A DNA stretch of 58,544 nt, counting the filler, from Stramenopiles sp. TOSAG23-6 (lineage: Eukaryota), in NCBI GenBank assembly GCA_900128565.1. It is 19 parts of 19 records of this genome, joined end to end, with 100 filler letters (N's around TTAATTAATTAA, not from the genome) between each part and the next. Parts side by side here need not be neighbours in the genome. Positions count along the whole stretch, not along the records: positions 1 to 1,026 come from LT639919.1; positions 1,127 to 2,151 come from LT639920.1; positions 2,252 to 3,276 come from LT639921.1; positions 3,377 to 4,400 come from LT639924.1; positions 4,501 to 5,524 come from LT639925.1; positions 5,625 to 6,648 come from LT639926.1; positions 6,749 to 7,772 come from LT639927.1; positions 7,873 to 8,894 come from LT639929.1; 11 more parts are not named here. The stretch is one strand, 5' to 3'. Positions 1 to 12,358 of this stretch are shown here, one piece after another. The notes under the pieces are model-generated. The model was not told the origin of the DNA, made no database searches, and saw only the letters and a program-made list of their open reading frames with translations. A program made the translations under genes and the position numbers. Positions within the stretch are counted from its first letter, which is position 1. Every line of letters begins with the position of its first letter.

Positions 1-491
1 TACAGATCAAAATGGTAAAATTATAGATAAAAGCGAATCTACTGATCGAATTCATCGTTTGAGGGTTGGGGAAAGTGGATTTGCTGAAATTGTTAAGGCT
101 CCATCTCTTTTGGATTTTGTTAAAAAGGTAAAAAGAAAAAAAAAAAAGGTAGACGGGGATATTTCGTGTAGTTAGTGGGTAACAATGCCATGGTTTATTA
201 TTTTAAATATCTACACAATTCTGTGTGTTTTTGAAATTAAATCAATTTTGATAATTTGCATATTTTGGTATTTTATTCAACTGTTCGTTATTAACCAAGA
301 TAGAATTTGTAGTACATGATGTCGTTTCTAGTCCCATAGTGGAAATCGACAATATATAATTAATACTATAACCAGAATCAAAAAAGTTTCAAATTATGAA
401 AAATAATGTAAAAAAAATAAACAAAGTACTTCAATATTCGCAAAATCTATATTAGATTTTACTTTTTGTTAAAAAAAAAAATAAAACATAC

Positions 492-1026
492 ATGTAAAAA
501 AGCCTTTGTACATTTAATATGATAATCGAGATATGACCGTAATCCAATGATTAATTCCATACATTTTGCACGATTTTTTGGTTCCTTGACATGTTTCGCT
601 TGAATAGAAAACGTGAGATAATACGTTGTAACACCGTCTGGTGGCATTTCCAAATTATTTTCTGATGCGATTTTTGCGACTTCAGCTGGTGGAGTCTTGT
701 GAAATTGACACACTGGTGCTGCAGAACGACTTCGTTTTTGAGCATCCGCAAATTCCTGGAGAAAGACATACACAAGTTCATTATCTGTCTCATCAGCGAA
801 ATGGATGGAATGTGATACGACAATACGATCGTCACCGGGAGCTATATAAAGTCGACCGTCAAGCCGATAATCGACGAAAGCACTGGGCGCTTTTTCTCCT
901 TTTATAAGCATATCCAAAGCATATTCAACAGGAGAACAGAATAGGCGATGCCTCAGTAGCGCCATTGTAAGGCATATTTCATCTGCTTCACCAGGAAGTG
1001 AGTTTCCATCGGCGGAGATTGTAACT
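492..1026 (-). CDS. ARPC2: Arp2/3 complex 34 kDa subunit, internal fragment
   Basis: DDRIVV..F.DE.D....VFLQEFADA, AP.C.F...PP.E, YLTF and YLDYHIKCTKAFLH match ARPC2/p34-Arc; the frame is interrupted at 491 by the GTATGTTTT repeat-intron donor. Confidence 0.9.
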
Positions 1027-1126
1027 NNNNNNNNNNNNNNNNNNNNNNNNNNNNNNNNNNNNNNNNNNNNTTAATTAATTAANNNNNNNNNNNNNNNNNN
1101 NNNNNNNNNNNNNNNNNNNNNNNNNN
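1027..1126. other. Artificial contig linker (N-run/TTAATTAATTAA/N-run), first of 18
   Basis: Identical 100-nt spacer with stops in all six frames; others start near 2152, 3277, 4401, 5525, 6649, 7773, 8895, 10017, 11138, 12259, 13380, 14500, 21851, 29198, 36542, 43885, 51219. Confidence 0.98.
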
Positions 1127-2070
1127 TGTAGAAAATGATTACACGTCAAGGCAGGAATAATTGCAACACCTTTATCTGAGCTAGTCACCGCAGCAACAAC
1201 AGTTATTTTACGAAGTTTGTTTTTGTCATCCAATCGTAATTCTAGATTCGAAAGTTGACCAATTTCATTTGGAATTGAACCGGATAGTTGGTTACGATTC
1301 AATCTCAATTCTTCAAGCTTCGTTAGTTGACCAATCTCAGTTGGTATTGAACCAGATAGGTTGTTGTTGTCCAAGTATAATTTTTTGACATGACCATTAT
1401 CATCACACGAGACACCATACCAATTACAAACGTCATCATCCGATAACCAACCAGAATTATTCGTCCAATTTTTTCCATTAGTTGCCTCATACAACTGAAT
1501 TAAAACATCTTTTTCCTTCACTCTCTGACATGTAGGATATATATTTGTAGAATCATGAAGCTCGGCAGCTACATAACAAAAGGTTACATTTCCACAAAGT
1601 TCATCATGAGTAAGTGATGTACAAAGTTTGTTATTGCTCAACCACAATGAATCAAGCTTTGTTAGTTGACCAATTTCTTTTGGAATTAAACCAGATAGAT
1701 CGTTGTTGTACAAGTACAATTGTTTAAGATTTGTTAGTTGACCAATTTCTTTTGGAATTAAACCAGATAGTTCGTTGTTTGACAAGTACAAATTTACGAG
1801 CTTTGTTAGTCGACCAATTACAACAGGTATTTCACCCGATAGATTGTTATCTGGCAATTTTAACTTCATAATTGAGTCTCCATTACAAATTACACCATAC
1901 CATTCGCAGACATCTTTCGTTTTCTTCCAATTTCTTCTTTCTTTCCAATTCTCTCCGCCAGTTGCGTCATAAAACTCTTCTAAAGCTTTTTTCATTTGTT
2001 CGTCAGGTACTGCTCTACCTGTAGTACAATAAGTAGTAAACACCAGCAACAGCACAAGTAATCTTGTCAT
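1127..2070 (-). CDS. Secreted/surface leucine-rich repeat protein (plant-type LRR, two LRRNT-capped blocks), 3' partial
   Basis: Signal peptide MTRLLVLLLVF; two AL..FY.AT.G.NW...W....CxWYGVxC caps; LxLxxNxLSGxIPxEIGxLxxL repeats. Confidence 0.85.
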
Positions 2071-2317
2071 TGTATTGTAAAAATCAAATTTTAACAAATA
2101 ATATATAAACAACACAAGACCTCGGATTAAACCTAATTTGCTACCTCTATTNNNNNNNNNNNNNNNNNNNNNNNNNNNNNNNNNNNNNNNNNNNNTTAAT
2201 TAATTAANNNNNNNNNNNNNNNNNNNNNNNNNNNNNNNNNNNNNNNNNNNNTTAGGTACAAAATTTCGTATGAAAAAAAAAATCGATTTTTTTGTAAAAA
2301 AAAAAAATAAAACATAC

Positions 2318-2880
2318 AGTACATACGTTGCATCAGCATATTGATTTGCCCAAGTCATTAAGTAATAACAAGTGATGGACATGATCATAATCCAATACAG
2401 TAAGGGTAATATGGCAGACTCAGGAACACCCCAAACTGAACACGAACAACGAAAATCTCCACAAACATGTATTGTGAAAAAAAAAAATTAAATTCGAAAT
2501 TAAAAAAAATTCGGACAAACAAAACGAATAGAGCTAGGATTCAAATTCATAACTACACCAACAAGACATACAAATACCGTAGCAAACATATACGACCAAC
2601 CAACAACAGTTGAAGAAGGATATCGTCGAAGTAATATCTTGGAAATAACTACAAAGACTGCTGTTCCAAGGCAATTTACAAAAAAACATAAATTACCAAG
2701 AATTTCGTCCAAAGGATTTTTTGCTATCAGACTTTGTCGAAATGTAACCATAAAAATACCACCCAATAGTGCTAGAGAAACTCCAAATGCCTTTAGTAGC
2801 GTCCCTTTCTCCCAGCCTAGTATAATTGTTATCACCATGACCAATATTGGCTGACTCGGTTGCCAGGCTGAACCGTATAC
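2318..2880 (-). CDS. EamA/DMT family drug-metabolite transporter, internal fragment (2 exons)
   Basis: Multiple TM helices; ILGWEK...K..GV.LA..G, GNL...N.L..A...V..K.LL.RYP and YYLMTWAN motifs; intron 2467-2520 restores IRF|VCGD... Confidence 0.75.
2467..2520 (-). mobile_element. Short GT-AT intron (degenerate repeat-intron copy)
   Basis: GTTTGT...TTTTCACAATACAT; contains an in-frame TAA; removal joins the transporter exons; lacks the branch motif. Confidence 0.55.
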
Positions 2881-2885
2881 TCTAT

Positions 2886-3276
2886 ACAATATGTCAATCG
2901 TATTTGAAATAAATAAATATTGTTATCATCTAAAAGCAAACATCATTCATCTTTTGAATAAAAACAAAAATACTGACAATAATGTGTACAATATGTCAAT
3001 AGTATTTGAAATAAATAAATATTGTTATCATCTAAAAGCAAACATCATTCATTGTTTGAATAAAAGCAAAAATACAAGCAATAATCTGTACAATATGTCA
3101 ATAGTATTTGAAATTAATAACAATTGCTATCCTTTAAAGCTAAAATCATTCATTGTTTGAATAAAAACAAAAATACAAACAATAATATGTACAATATGTC
3201 AATAGTATTTGAAATAAATAAACATTTTTATCATTCTAAAGCAAACATCATTCATTGTTTGAATAAAAACAAAAAT
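2886..3276. repeat. Tandem satellite, ~102-bp unit, ~4 copies
   Basis: ACAATATGTCAAT recurs at 2886, 2988, 3090, 3191. Confidence 0.9.
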
Positions 3277-3493
3277 NNNNNNNNNNNNNNNNNNNNNNNN
3301 NNNNNNNNNNNNNNNNNNNNTTAATTAATTAANNNNNNNNNNNNNNNNNNNNNNNNNNNNNNNNNNNNNNNNNNNNAAAAAAAAAAAAAAAATGTAAAAT
3401 TTTTAAGGTAAAAAATTCCGTACAAAAACAAAAAAAAAAAAAATAAATTTTAAAATTTGAAATTCGAAATTTAAAAAAATAAAAAAAACATAC

Positions 3494-4400
3494 ATGCTTC
3501 GAGAGAAGGATCTGTGAGAAATTCATTTCTATTATTATGCGTGATATATGATTTCGATGACTTGAATCGTAATTTTGAATGATCATCTATATTGTTATCT
3601 GTATTGTTATCTGTATTGTTATCTGTATTTTTATCTGTATTGTTATCTGTATTTTTATCTGTATTGTTATCTGTATTGTTATCGATTGGATCGTTTTGAG
3701 TAAATGGAATAGAACCAAAAGATAGAATTGAATTGGCGTCAAAAACAGTCAGATCTTTAGGCAAAATATATTTTGTTTTTTTTCCATATTCAATTGATTC
3801 TTTTTCAGTATTTAATATCCCATTATGAGTATATTTTTTAGATTCAATTGATTCTTGTTTAGTCTTTAATATCCCATTATGAGTATCTTTTTTAGATTGT
3901 TCTTGTTTAGTCTTTAATATCTCATTATGAGTAATACTATCTTTTTTAGATTGTTCTTTTTCAGTGTTTAATATCTCATTATGAGTATCTTTTTTAGATT
4001 GTTCTTTTTCAGTGTTTAATATCTCATTATGAGTAATACTATCTTTTTCGTGTGATTGAATGATATGTTTGTCTGTACTCGTTCCAGGACTCACTAAATC
4101 ATCATTCACATTATCATCTATCTGCGTAGTATCATCCATTTTCAATATATCATCATCATCATTATCTATTTGCGTAGTATCATCCATTTTCAATATATTA
4201 TCATCATCATTATCTATTTGCGTAGTATCATCCATTTTCAGCATATTATCATCATCATCTATTTGCGTAGTATCATCCATTTTCAATATATCATCATCAT
4301 CTATTTGCGTAGTAGCATCCATTTTCAGCATATCATCATCATCTATCTGCGTAGTAGCATCTATTTTCTGCATATCATCATCATCATCATCATCACTACT
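3494..4400 (-). CDS. Low-complexity repeat protein, fragment
   Basis: Open frame with KMDDTTQIDDDD, THNEILNTEKEQSKKD and TDNN repeats; ends at repeat-intron donor 3493. Confidence 0.55.
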
Positions 4401-4500
4401 NNNNNNNNNNNNNNNNNNNNNNNNNNNNNNNNNNNNNNNNNNNNTTAATTAATTAANNNNNNNNNNNNNNNNNNNNNNNNNNNNNNNNNNNNNNNNNNNN

Positions 4501-5524
4501 ACAATATCACAATTATAAAACAAATGAATAAACAACAAAGATATCAAATATATTTTTCTTGATTAGTACAATCTATAAAATACTTAAAACAACATCAAAA
4601 ACATCACAATTATAAAACAAATGAATAAACAATAATCATATCAATTATATTTGTCTTGATTAGTACAATCTATAAAATACTACAAACAACATCAACGATA
4701 CCACAATTATAAAACAAATAAATAAACAACAATGATATCAAATATATTGGTCTTGATTTGTACAATCTATAAAATACACCAAACAAAATCAACAATATCA
4801 CAATTATAAAACAAATGAATACACGACAATGATATCAAATATATTTGTCTTGATTAGTACAATGTATGAAATACGGAAAAAAACATCAACATTATCACAA
4901 TTTTAAACAAATGAATAAACAACAATGATATCAAATATATTTGTCTTGACTAGTACAATGTATTAGATACTGAAAACAGCATCAACAATATCACACGTAT
5001 CAAACAAATGAATAAACAACAAAGATATCAAATATATTTTTCTTGATTTGTACAATCTATAAAATACAGAAAATAAAATGAACAATATCACAGTAATCAA
5101 AATGTAAAAACAACAATGATATCAAATATATTTGTCTTGATTTGTACCATCTATGATATACTTCAAACAACATCAACAATATCCGAATTATAAAACAAAT
5201 GAATAAACAACAATGATATCAAATATATTTGTCTTGATAAAGACAATCTATAAAATACGTAAAACAACATCAACGATATCACAATTATAAAACAAATGAC
5301 TATTCAAAAATGATATCAAATATTTTTGTATTAATTTGTACAATATATATAAAATACCCTAAACAACATCAACAATATCACAATTATATAACAAATAAAT
5401 AAACAAGAATGATACCAAATATTGTTGTATTGATTTGTACAATATATAAAATACTCGAAACAACATCAACAATATCACAAATATAAAACAAATGAATACA
5501 CAACAATGATATCAAATATTGTTG
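4501..5524. repeat. Tandem satellite, ~97-bp unit, ~10.5 diverged copies (whole contig)
   Basis: ATCACAATTATAAAACAAATGAATAAAC recurs at 4506, 4603, 4700 and onward; no ORF. Confidence 0.92.
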
Positions 5525-5624
5525 NNNNNNNNNNNNNNNNNNNNNNNNNNNNNNNNNNNNNNNNNNNNTTAATTAATTAANNNNNNNNNNNNNNNNNNNN
5601 NNNNNNNNNNNNNNNNNNNNNNNN

Positions 5625-6648
5625 CCAACAGCAGCTCCGACAGCAGCTCCGACTGCAGCTCCAACAGCATCACCAACTGCATCGCCAACACCGGACTGAT
5701 ACAAAGATATCTCCGAAAAAAATTGTAAGGGTAATGGCATCACATGTAATGATAATAATCAAATCATTAAGGTGTAAGTAAACCATAATAATTCACATTA
5801 TCAATAACTCTCTCTAACTCATTTATAATATTAATATATATATATATATATATATAACTGACAAATACACTATGTACTCAATTATCATACAATACAGAAA
5901 GTTGCATTCCAATGTATCTGGTACAATACCAACGGAAATTGGTCAACTATCAAATCTTGAATTATTGTGGTTGAAGAAAAACGATCAACTATCTGGTTCA
6001 ATTCCAAATGAAATTGGTCAACTAACAAACCTTACAGCTTTGTACTTGAAAAGCAACAAACTAACTGGTCCAATTCCAACGCAAATTGGTGAACTAACAA
6101 ATCTCACAAAGTTGTTCTTGTACGAAAATCATCTATCTAGTCCAATTCCAACGGAATTGGTCTACTAACAAATCTCATAAACTTGTACTTGTATGACAAC
6201 CAACTATCTGGTCCAATTCCAAATGAAATTGGTCAACTAACAAATCTCACATATTTGGAATTGAACGACAATCAACTAACTGATTCAATTCCAACGCAAA
6301 TTGGTCAACTAACAAATCTCCAATATTTGGATTTGAACAACAATCAACTAACTGATTCAATTCCAACGCAAATTGGTCAACTAAAAAGTCTTGAATCTTT
6401 GAATTTGAATGTCAACAAACTAACTGGTTCAATTCCAAATGAAATTGGTGACCTAACAAATCTCGGAGAATTGTTCTTGCAAAACAACAACAAACTATCT
6501 GGTCCAATACCACAGGAAATTTGTGACAAAAAAACACAAGGGCAGCTTACTTTGTAAGTAATCTTTCATATTATCCAGTACTATATTTTATGTATATATA
6601 TTTATAACTAACAAATACATTATGTACTCAATTATCATACAATACAGG
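5625..6648 (+). CDS. LRR protein fragment with PTAA repeats; canonical introns 5774-5897 and 6554-6647; 1-bp frameshift near 6156
   Basis: PTAAPTAAP stalk, then SGxIPxEIGQLTNL repeats across ORFs 5872 and 6183; GTAAGT...AATACAG introns; the frameshift may be an error or pseudogenisation. Confidence 0.75.
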
Positions 6649-6848
6649 NNNNNNNNNNNNNNNNNNNNNNNNNNNNNNNNNNNNNNNNNNNNTTAATTAA
6701 TTAANNNNNNNNNNNNNNNNNNNNNNNNNNNNNNNNNNNNNNNNNNNNTATTTTGGAAAAATATTTCAAAAAAAAAACTTAAATTTGTTAGGTACAAAAT
6801 TTTCAAAAAAAAATAAATTTGAAATTGAAAAAAAAAAAAAAAAAATAC

Positions 6849-7413
6849 ATGTCGCACTGCTGGACCAACAAGAAAAAGTCCTGGAGTTATACTACTTTCA
6901 TCAGAGTTTGTTAGGAATGGGGAGCGTTTTGCGCAATTATCGTTTTTGTTGTCTTCTTTTTCATCAACAAAATTGTCTTCTTTTTCATCCACAAAATTGT
7001 CTTCTTTTTCATCAACAAAATTGTCTTCTTTTTCATCAACAAAATCATCATCTAGAATTTCTATATCAATAATCTCTTTACTCACAATGTCATTGTCACT
7101 ATCTTCATCTTCTTTAGGTTGACCCCATTCAAACAAATCTTTGACAACACCTAAGCGAACACTTCCTTCGAAACCGGCACATAGAATGTATTTTGGAAAA
7201 ATATTTCAAAAAAAATCTAAAAAAAACTTGTTAGGTACAAAATTTCGTACGAAAAAAAAATTCGATTTTTTTTTTACCGGAAAAAATAATAAAACATACA
7301 TGGGTTGTTGTTGTGTATATAAAGTGATCTCTTCATCAACTTTTGATGTATTGTCACTCATAATTACATCTGGCACTTGTTCTCTGTATTTACCATTAGA
7401 AATCTTCTTCTTT

Positions 7414-7468
<55 letters not shown>

Positions 7469-7706
7469 CCATCATTTCATTATCATCATTATCATCATTA
7501 TCATCATTATCATATTCATCATCGGAATACTCTTCTTCATCTTCTCTTGGCAATCGCCGAGCTTTAACAATAAAACCTTTAGTATCAGAATTTTTACACA
7601 CTGAAAATACTCGAAGAGGTGAAAGGAGCGTAGGTGGTGAAGTAGAGGTACTACAAGCTACACGAATTCTTTCTGCTGTAAATGGAGATAACTCAGTAGA
7701 TGGTTC
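6849..7706 (-). CDS. FAD/NAD(P)-dependent pyridine nucleotide-disulfide oxidoreductase (flavin monooxygenase-like), internal fragment
   Basis: After removing intron 7186-7299: ..TQQQPI|LCAGFEGS.. and P.LT..DESSITPGLFLVGPAVRH, typical of bacterial Pyr_redox_3-type proteins. Confidence 0.7.
7186..7299 (-). mobile_element. GT-AT repeat intron (114 nt)
   Basis: AT|GTATGTTTT...TTTCGTACGAAATTTTGTACCTAAC...CCAAAATACAT|; restores the PILCAGF motif. Confidence 0.85.
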
Positions 7707-7925
7707 ATTTATTGTGAAAAAATATTTCAAAAAAAAAAATCTAAAAAAAATTGTTAGGTACAAAATTTCGTANNNNNNNNNNNNNNNNNNNNNNNNNNNN
7801 NNNNNNNNNNNNNNNNTTAATTAATTAANNNNNNNNNNNNNNNNNNNNNNNNNNNNNNNNNNNNNNNNNNNNTACAAAATTTCGTACGAAAAAAAAATTG
7901 GAATTTGAAAAAAAATAAAACATAC

Positions 7926-8390
7926 ATGTAAAAACGTTTTGATCTTTCGAGAACTAGCAAGGGACTGAAGTAACGCATTTAGAAAACAAGTATTACCTAA
8001 ATTTTTAATACCAGGGACTTTCACATGAAATTGTTGATCTATTTGAATTTTATTTTCATCCTTTTCTCTTGCGTTTCTAAGAAAAGAAGTACTTTGAGGA
8101 TTTTGGTTTTCCAATCTAAAACGACTGGAAACTATACCTACAGTGTTTACTCTATCAACAAATATATTTGAATCCTGGGCATCATTTTTCTTTTGAAGTC
8201 GCCGTTGACGACGTTGTTTCCGTATTTTACTATCATTTGATTTCACATCCAAAAATAGGTACGAAGATATTAGAACTACGACACCTACAGCCAATCCGTG
8301 AAAAAAACTTAGTGAAAATTCACTTTCTTTCAATGTAGTTGACGAAGAAGTTCCACTTGAAACCGGAACAGTTTCAACTGGATTAATCAT
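7926..8390 (-). CDS. Ubiquitin-specific protease (USP30-like, N-terminal TM), first exon
   Basis: Cys box PGIKNLGNTCFLNALLQSLAS; N-terminal hydrophobic anchor; donor GTATGT at 7925. Confidence 0.85.
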
Positions 8391-9047
8391 TGTAAAATAA
8401 TCAACTCCAAACTAATAAATATACATTGCGCTTGACAAAGTATGCTACCTTGTCGGCTAAATGCGTTTCTGCTTCTACCAGCTAGCTACGGCCGTATCTA
8501 CTACCGACAATATTTGTGTGTAGGCACCAAATTTTCGGCAAACGCACGAAGATTCGGACAAGAAACAAAATCGGTATGTTTTGCTTGAATTTGGAATTTA
8601 CGATAGAATTAGCAGAGAATTATAAAATAAGGATTGAATTTTATTTAAAAAAAAATTAATGAATGAATTCATCTAGCTTGATACTACTCATTGCAAAGAG
8701 TCTATAATATCATCTAGAAAGGATCACTATCGTATCTGAATAATCCAGTCCATTGTGCCATCTGCCCCAAATGTCGATAAGTATTATTGAAATATTTTAC
8801 AGCCCGTATGTATTTTGGAAAAATATTTCACAAAAAAAATTGTTAGGTACAAAATTTCGTACGAAAAATAAATTCGAAATTGAAAAAAAAATAANNNNNN
8901 NNNNNNNNNNNNNNNNNNNNNNNNNNNNNNNNNNNNNNTTAATTAATTAANNNNNNNNNNNNNNNNNNNNNNNNNNNNNNNNNNNNNNNNNNNNTACAAA
9001 ATTTCGTACGAAAAAAAAATTGGAATTTGAAAAAAAATAAAACATAC

Positions 9048-9512
9048 ATGTAAAAACGTTTTGATCTTTCGAGAACTAGCAAGGGACTGAAGTAACGCAT
9101 TTAGAAAACAAGTATTACCTAAATTTTTAATACCAGGGACTTTCACATGAAATTGTTGATCTATTTGAATTTTATTTTCATCCTTTTCTCTTGCGTTTCT
9201 AAGAAAAGAAGTACTTTGAGGATTTTGGTTTTCCAATCTAAAACGACTGGAAACTATACCTACAGTGTTTACTCTATCAACAAATATATTTGAATCCTGG
9301 GCATCATTTTTCTTTTGAAGTCGCCGTTGACGACGTTGTTTCCGTATTTTACTATCATTTGATTTCACATCCAAAAATAGGTACGAAGATATTAGAACTA
9401 CGACACCTACAGCCAATCCGTGAAAAAAACTTAGTGAAAATTCACTTTCTTTCAATGTAGTTGACGAAGAAGTTCCACTTGAAACCGGAACAGTTTCAAC
9501 TGGATTAATCAT
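9048..9512 (-). CDS. Exact duplicate of the USP exon (duplicated contig)
   Basis: Contig 8995-10016 appears identical to 7873-8894. Confidence 0.8.
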
Positions 9513-10363
9513 TGTAAAATAATCAACTCCAAACTAATAAATATACATTGCGCTTGACAAAGTATGCTACCTTGTCGGCTAAATGCGTTTCTGCTTCTAC
9601 CAGCTAGCTACGGCCGTATCTACTACCGACAATATTTGTGTGTAGGCACCAAATTTTCGGCAAACGCACGAAGATTCGGACAAGAAACAAAATCGGTATG
9701 TTTTGCTTGAATTTGGAATTTACGATAGAATTAGCAGAGAATTATAAAATAAGGATTGAATTTTATTTAAAAAAAAATTAATGAATGAATTCATCTAGCT
9801 TGATACTACTCATTGCAAAGAGTCTATAATATCATCTAGAAAGGATCACTATCGTATCTGAATAATCCAGTCCATTGTGCCATCTGCCCCAAATGTCGAT
9901 AAGTATTATTGAAATATTTTACAGCCCGTATGTATTTTGGAAAAATATTTCACAAAAAAAATTGTTAGGTACAAAATTTCGTACGAAAAATAAATTCGAA
10001 ATTGAAAAAAAAATAANNNNNNNNNNNNNNNNNNNNNNNNNNNNNNNNNNNNNNNNNNNNTTAATTAATTAANNNNNNNNNNNNNNNNNNNNNNNNNNNN
10101 NNNNNNNNNNNNNNNNTTCCAAAAACCCCCCCCCCCCCCTTTAGTTTTACCTGTCTTTTAGGCTTATGGGTTTTCATTTCTTTCTATATTTCAATTTTAT
10201 TATTACTTATTCTATTCTTCTTCTTCTTCTAAGTGATTTTTGGAGCAGGTTTGTTCTCATGAATATACGTTACACATTGGAAATCTTTAATCTTTCATTT
10301 TTTTTTGAAGCACTGGCACACCGTCACGAAACTTAATTTCAATTTAGTTCAAGGTTTATTACA

Positions 10364-11052
10364 ATGTTTCCTTGCTTTGCCACTGATAGACCAGCACAAG
10401 TAGAAACTAAAGGAGGCCATGGATTGTTACAAAATAAATTGCTAGGATACGCAGACAACCAGAACACGTTCAAGGTCGATTTGAAGGATGCACCTTGTTC
10501 CGAGCCTCTTAATTGTTGTGCAGGTTCGTTGTGTTTTTTATGTTTTGGCGCTTCTGCATGTTGGGCCCGTAAAGCCGCACTCGAGACTCTTGGAAATGGA
10601 GTGGATGATTATCGATGTTGTCAAGGATACTTTGGAGAAAGTTGTGGCTGCTGCCCAATTCCAAGATGTGAGGGACAAATGCTGGGGTTGTTACTCGAGG
10701 GTTGTTGTTGTGCAAGTATTTCACTTAGTGTGTCACGACTGTATGTGATGGATCAGAAGGTACTTCGACCTGATCCAACCGATTATCAAATAATTCAATG
10801 CAATAATTGCTTGCAAATGGCTGCATGTTTTTGTGAGGTTTTGGCAATTATTCAACCAGCTTTTCGAGACGCCGCCAATTGTATCAGCTGCATAGCAGAC
10901 GTATTTCTGATTTCTATGGCTGGTTGCATGATCGCTCAGATCAAAGCAGAACTTGACGATGGTCCTCGTATGGCAGCTATTCAACAACAACCCGGAATAC
11001 AAATGCAACAGCAATACCCTCAACCTGGAGTTGTTATGGCACAACCTGTTAT
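10364..11052 (+). CDS. PLAC8-family cysteine-rich protein, 3' partial
   Basis: CC-rich; Y.CCQGY, LE..CC...S.S.SR..VMD...L.PDP.D..II.CNNCLQ..AC.C; repeat-intron donor at 11053. Confidence 0.75.
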
Positions 11053-11237
11053 GTATGTTTTAATTTTTTTTCAAATTCGAAGTTTTTTTCGTACGAAATT
11101 TTGTACCTAACGATTTTTTTTTGAAATATTTTTCCAANNNNNNNNNNNNNNNNNNNNNNNNNNNNNNNNNNNNNNNNNNNNTTAATTAATTAANNNNNNN
11201 NNNNNNNNNNNNNNNNNNNNNNNNNNNNNNNNNNNNN

Positions 11238-12258
11238 CAAAAGCATTTATTAAATATGGACGGAAACGTAATTGCCAAGTACGCCTAGCTCTTTTACCTC
11301 GCCATTTTCCAACTGATTTTTTGTCTAACCAATACTCACAGTCAGCTATCAAATGATCTACACCGTACGTATCATCTTCTCCTGGAATTGCGGAATTTCC
11401 GTCGGAATTTCTGTCGGAATTACCATCAGAATTACCATCAGAATTTCCATCGGAATTTCCATCAGAATTTCCATCGGAAGTATTAAATTGACGTTCGAAA
11501 CGATCCGGAGTCAGTCCTGTGAATGGTAATTTATAATTTCCATTTCCTTTGGAGAGTAAAACAAAAGTATTTGTCAAATCTTCTATAAAATCACTTAGTG
11601 TCTTTCAATTCATTATAAGAAAAAAAAGGATCTACTTTTTCATGTGCAGCAGCTTTTAAAATACTTATTGTAGCATGTACAATGCTTACTGTTGATACAT
11701 CAGTTTCACCCATATCATCTTTTATATTGCTATTTGAACTATTCGAAGAAAGAGAATTTTGCGAACTATTTGATGAATTATGATCTTTGTGATCTTCATC
11801 TGATATAATTGCATTGTTACTATGTAAAGCTCGGTTAGGTTTATGATTAGGGTTTGGCTTCCTATTGTTTGAATCACTTTCTTCTGAATCTTCTCCACTA
11901 GATTTACTTTTCCCTCTTTTAATTTCTCCTATACTAGACAAAGTATCATCATCAAAGAATACATTAGTAATATTATTCTGATTATTTTGATTTGAAATTG
12001 GATATCTTCGTAAACACTTCCAGTATGGCAGTACAATAGACTCAACTAAGGCTATATCACGAAGAGCATCATCTCTAATTTGACCATGTTCTATATCCAA
12101 TGGAGGAATAGGCTCTCCTAACATTGTCCTCACACATGTATCGTAAAAAAATATTTTTTTTTATTGTTTTTTGTTAGGTACAAAATTTCGTACGAAAACG
12201 TTTTTTTGGAAATTAATGATAAAAACATACACGCCTCAGCCCCTCTAGCAATGGATCT
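11238..12258 (-). CDS. Class II histone deacetylase (HDA1/HDAC6-like), C-terminal part of the catalytic domain plus extension
   Basis: Spliced RSIARGAEAC|VRTMLGEPIPPL...ALRDI..V.....PYWKCL matches the region after LEGGY in class II HDACs; exon structure near 11580-11640 uncertain. Confidence 0.65.
12136..12230 (-). mobile_element. GT-AT repeat intron (95 nt)
   Basis: GTATGTTTTT...TTCGTACGAAATTTTGTACCTAAC...TACGATACAT; restores EACVRTMLG. Confidence 0.85.
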
Positions 12259-12358
12259 NNNNNNNNNNNNNNNNNNNNNNNNNNNNNNNNNNNNNNNNNN
12301 NNTTAATTAATTAANNNNNNNNNNNNNNNNNNNNNNNNNNNNNNNNNNNNNNNNNNNN

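Noticed and set aside
2-175. Short open frame at the window start (TDQNGKII...DISCS*)
   Set aside because: Possibly a gene 3' end, but too short and unrecognisable to annotate
1027-1126. Recurrent palindrome TTAATTAATTAA within N-runs
   Set aside because: Artificial six-frame-stop linker between concatenated contigs; not biological
4501-5524. CRISPR-like array
   Set aside because: The whole unit repeats with no unique spacers; eukaryotic context and no cas genes
7873-10016. Perfect 1,022-bp tandem duplication of a USP gene
   Set aside because: Two separate contigs with identical ends, both terminating inside the repeat intron; redundant assembly output
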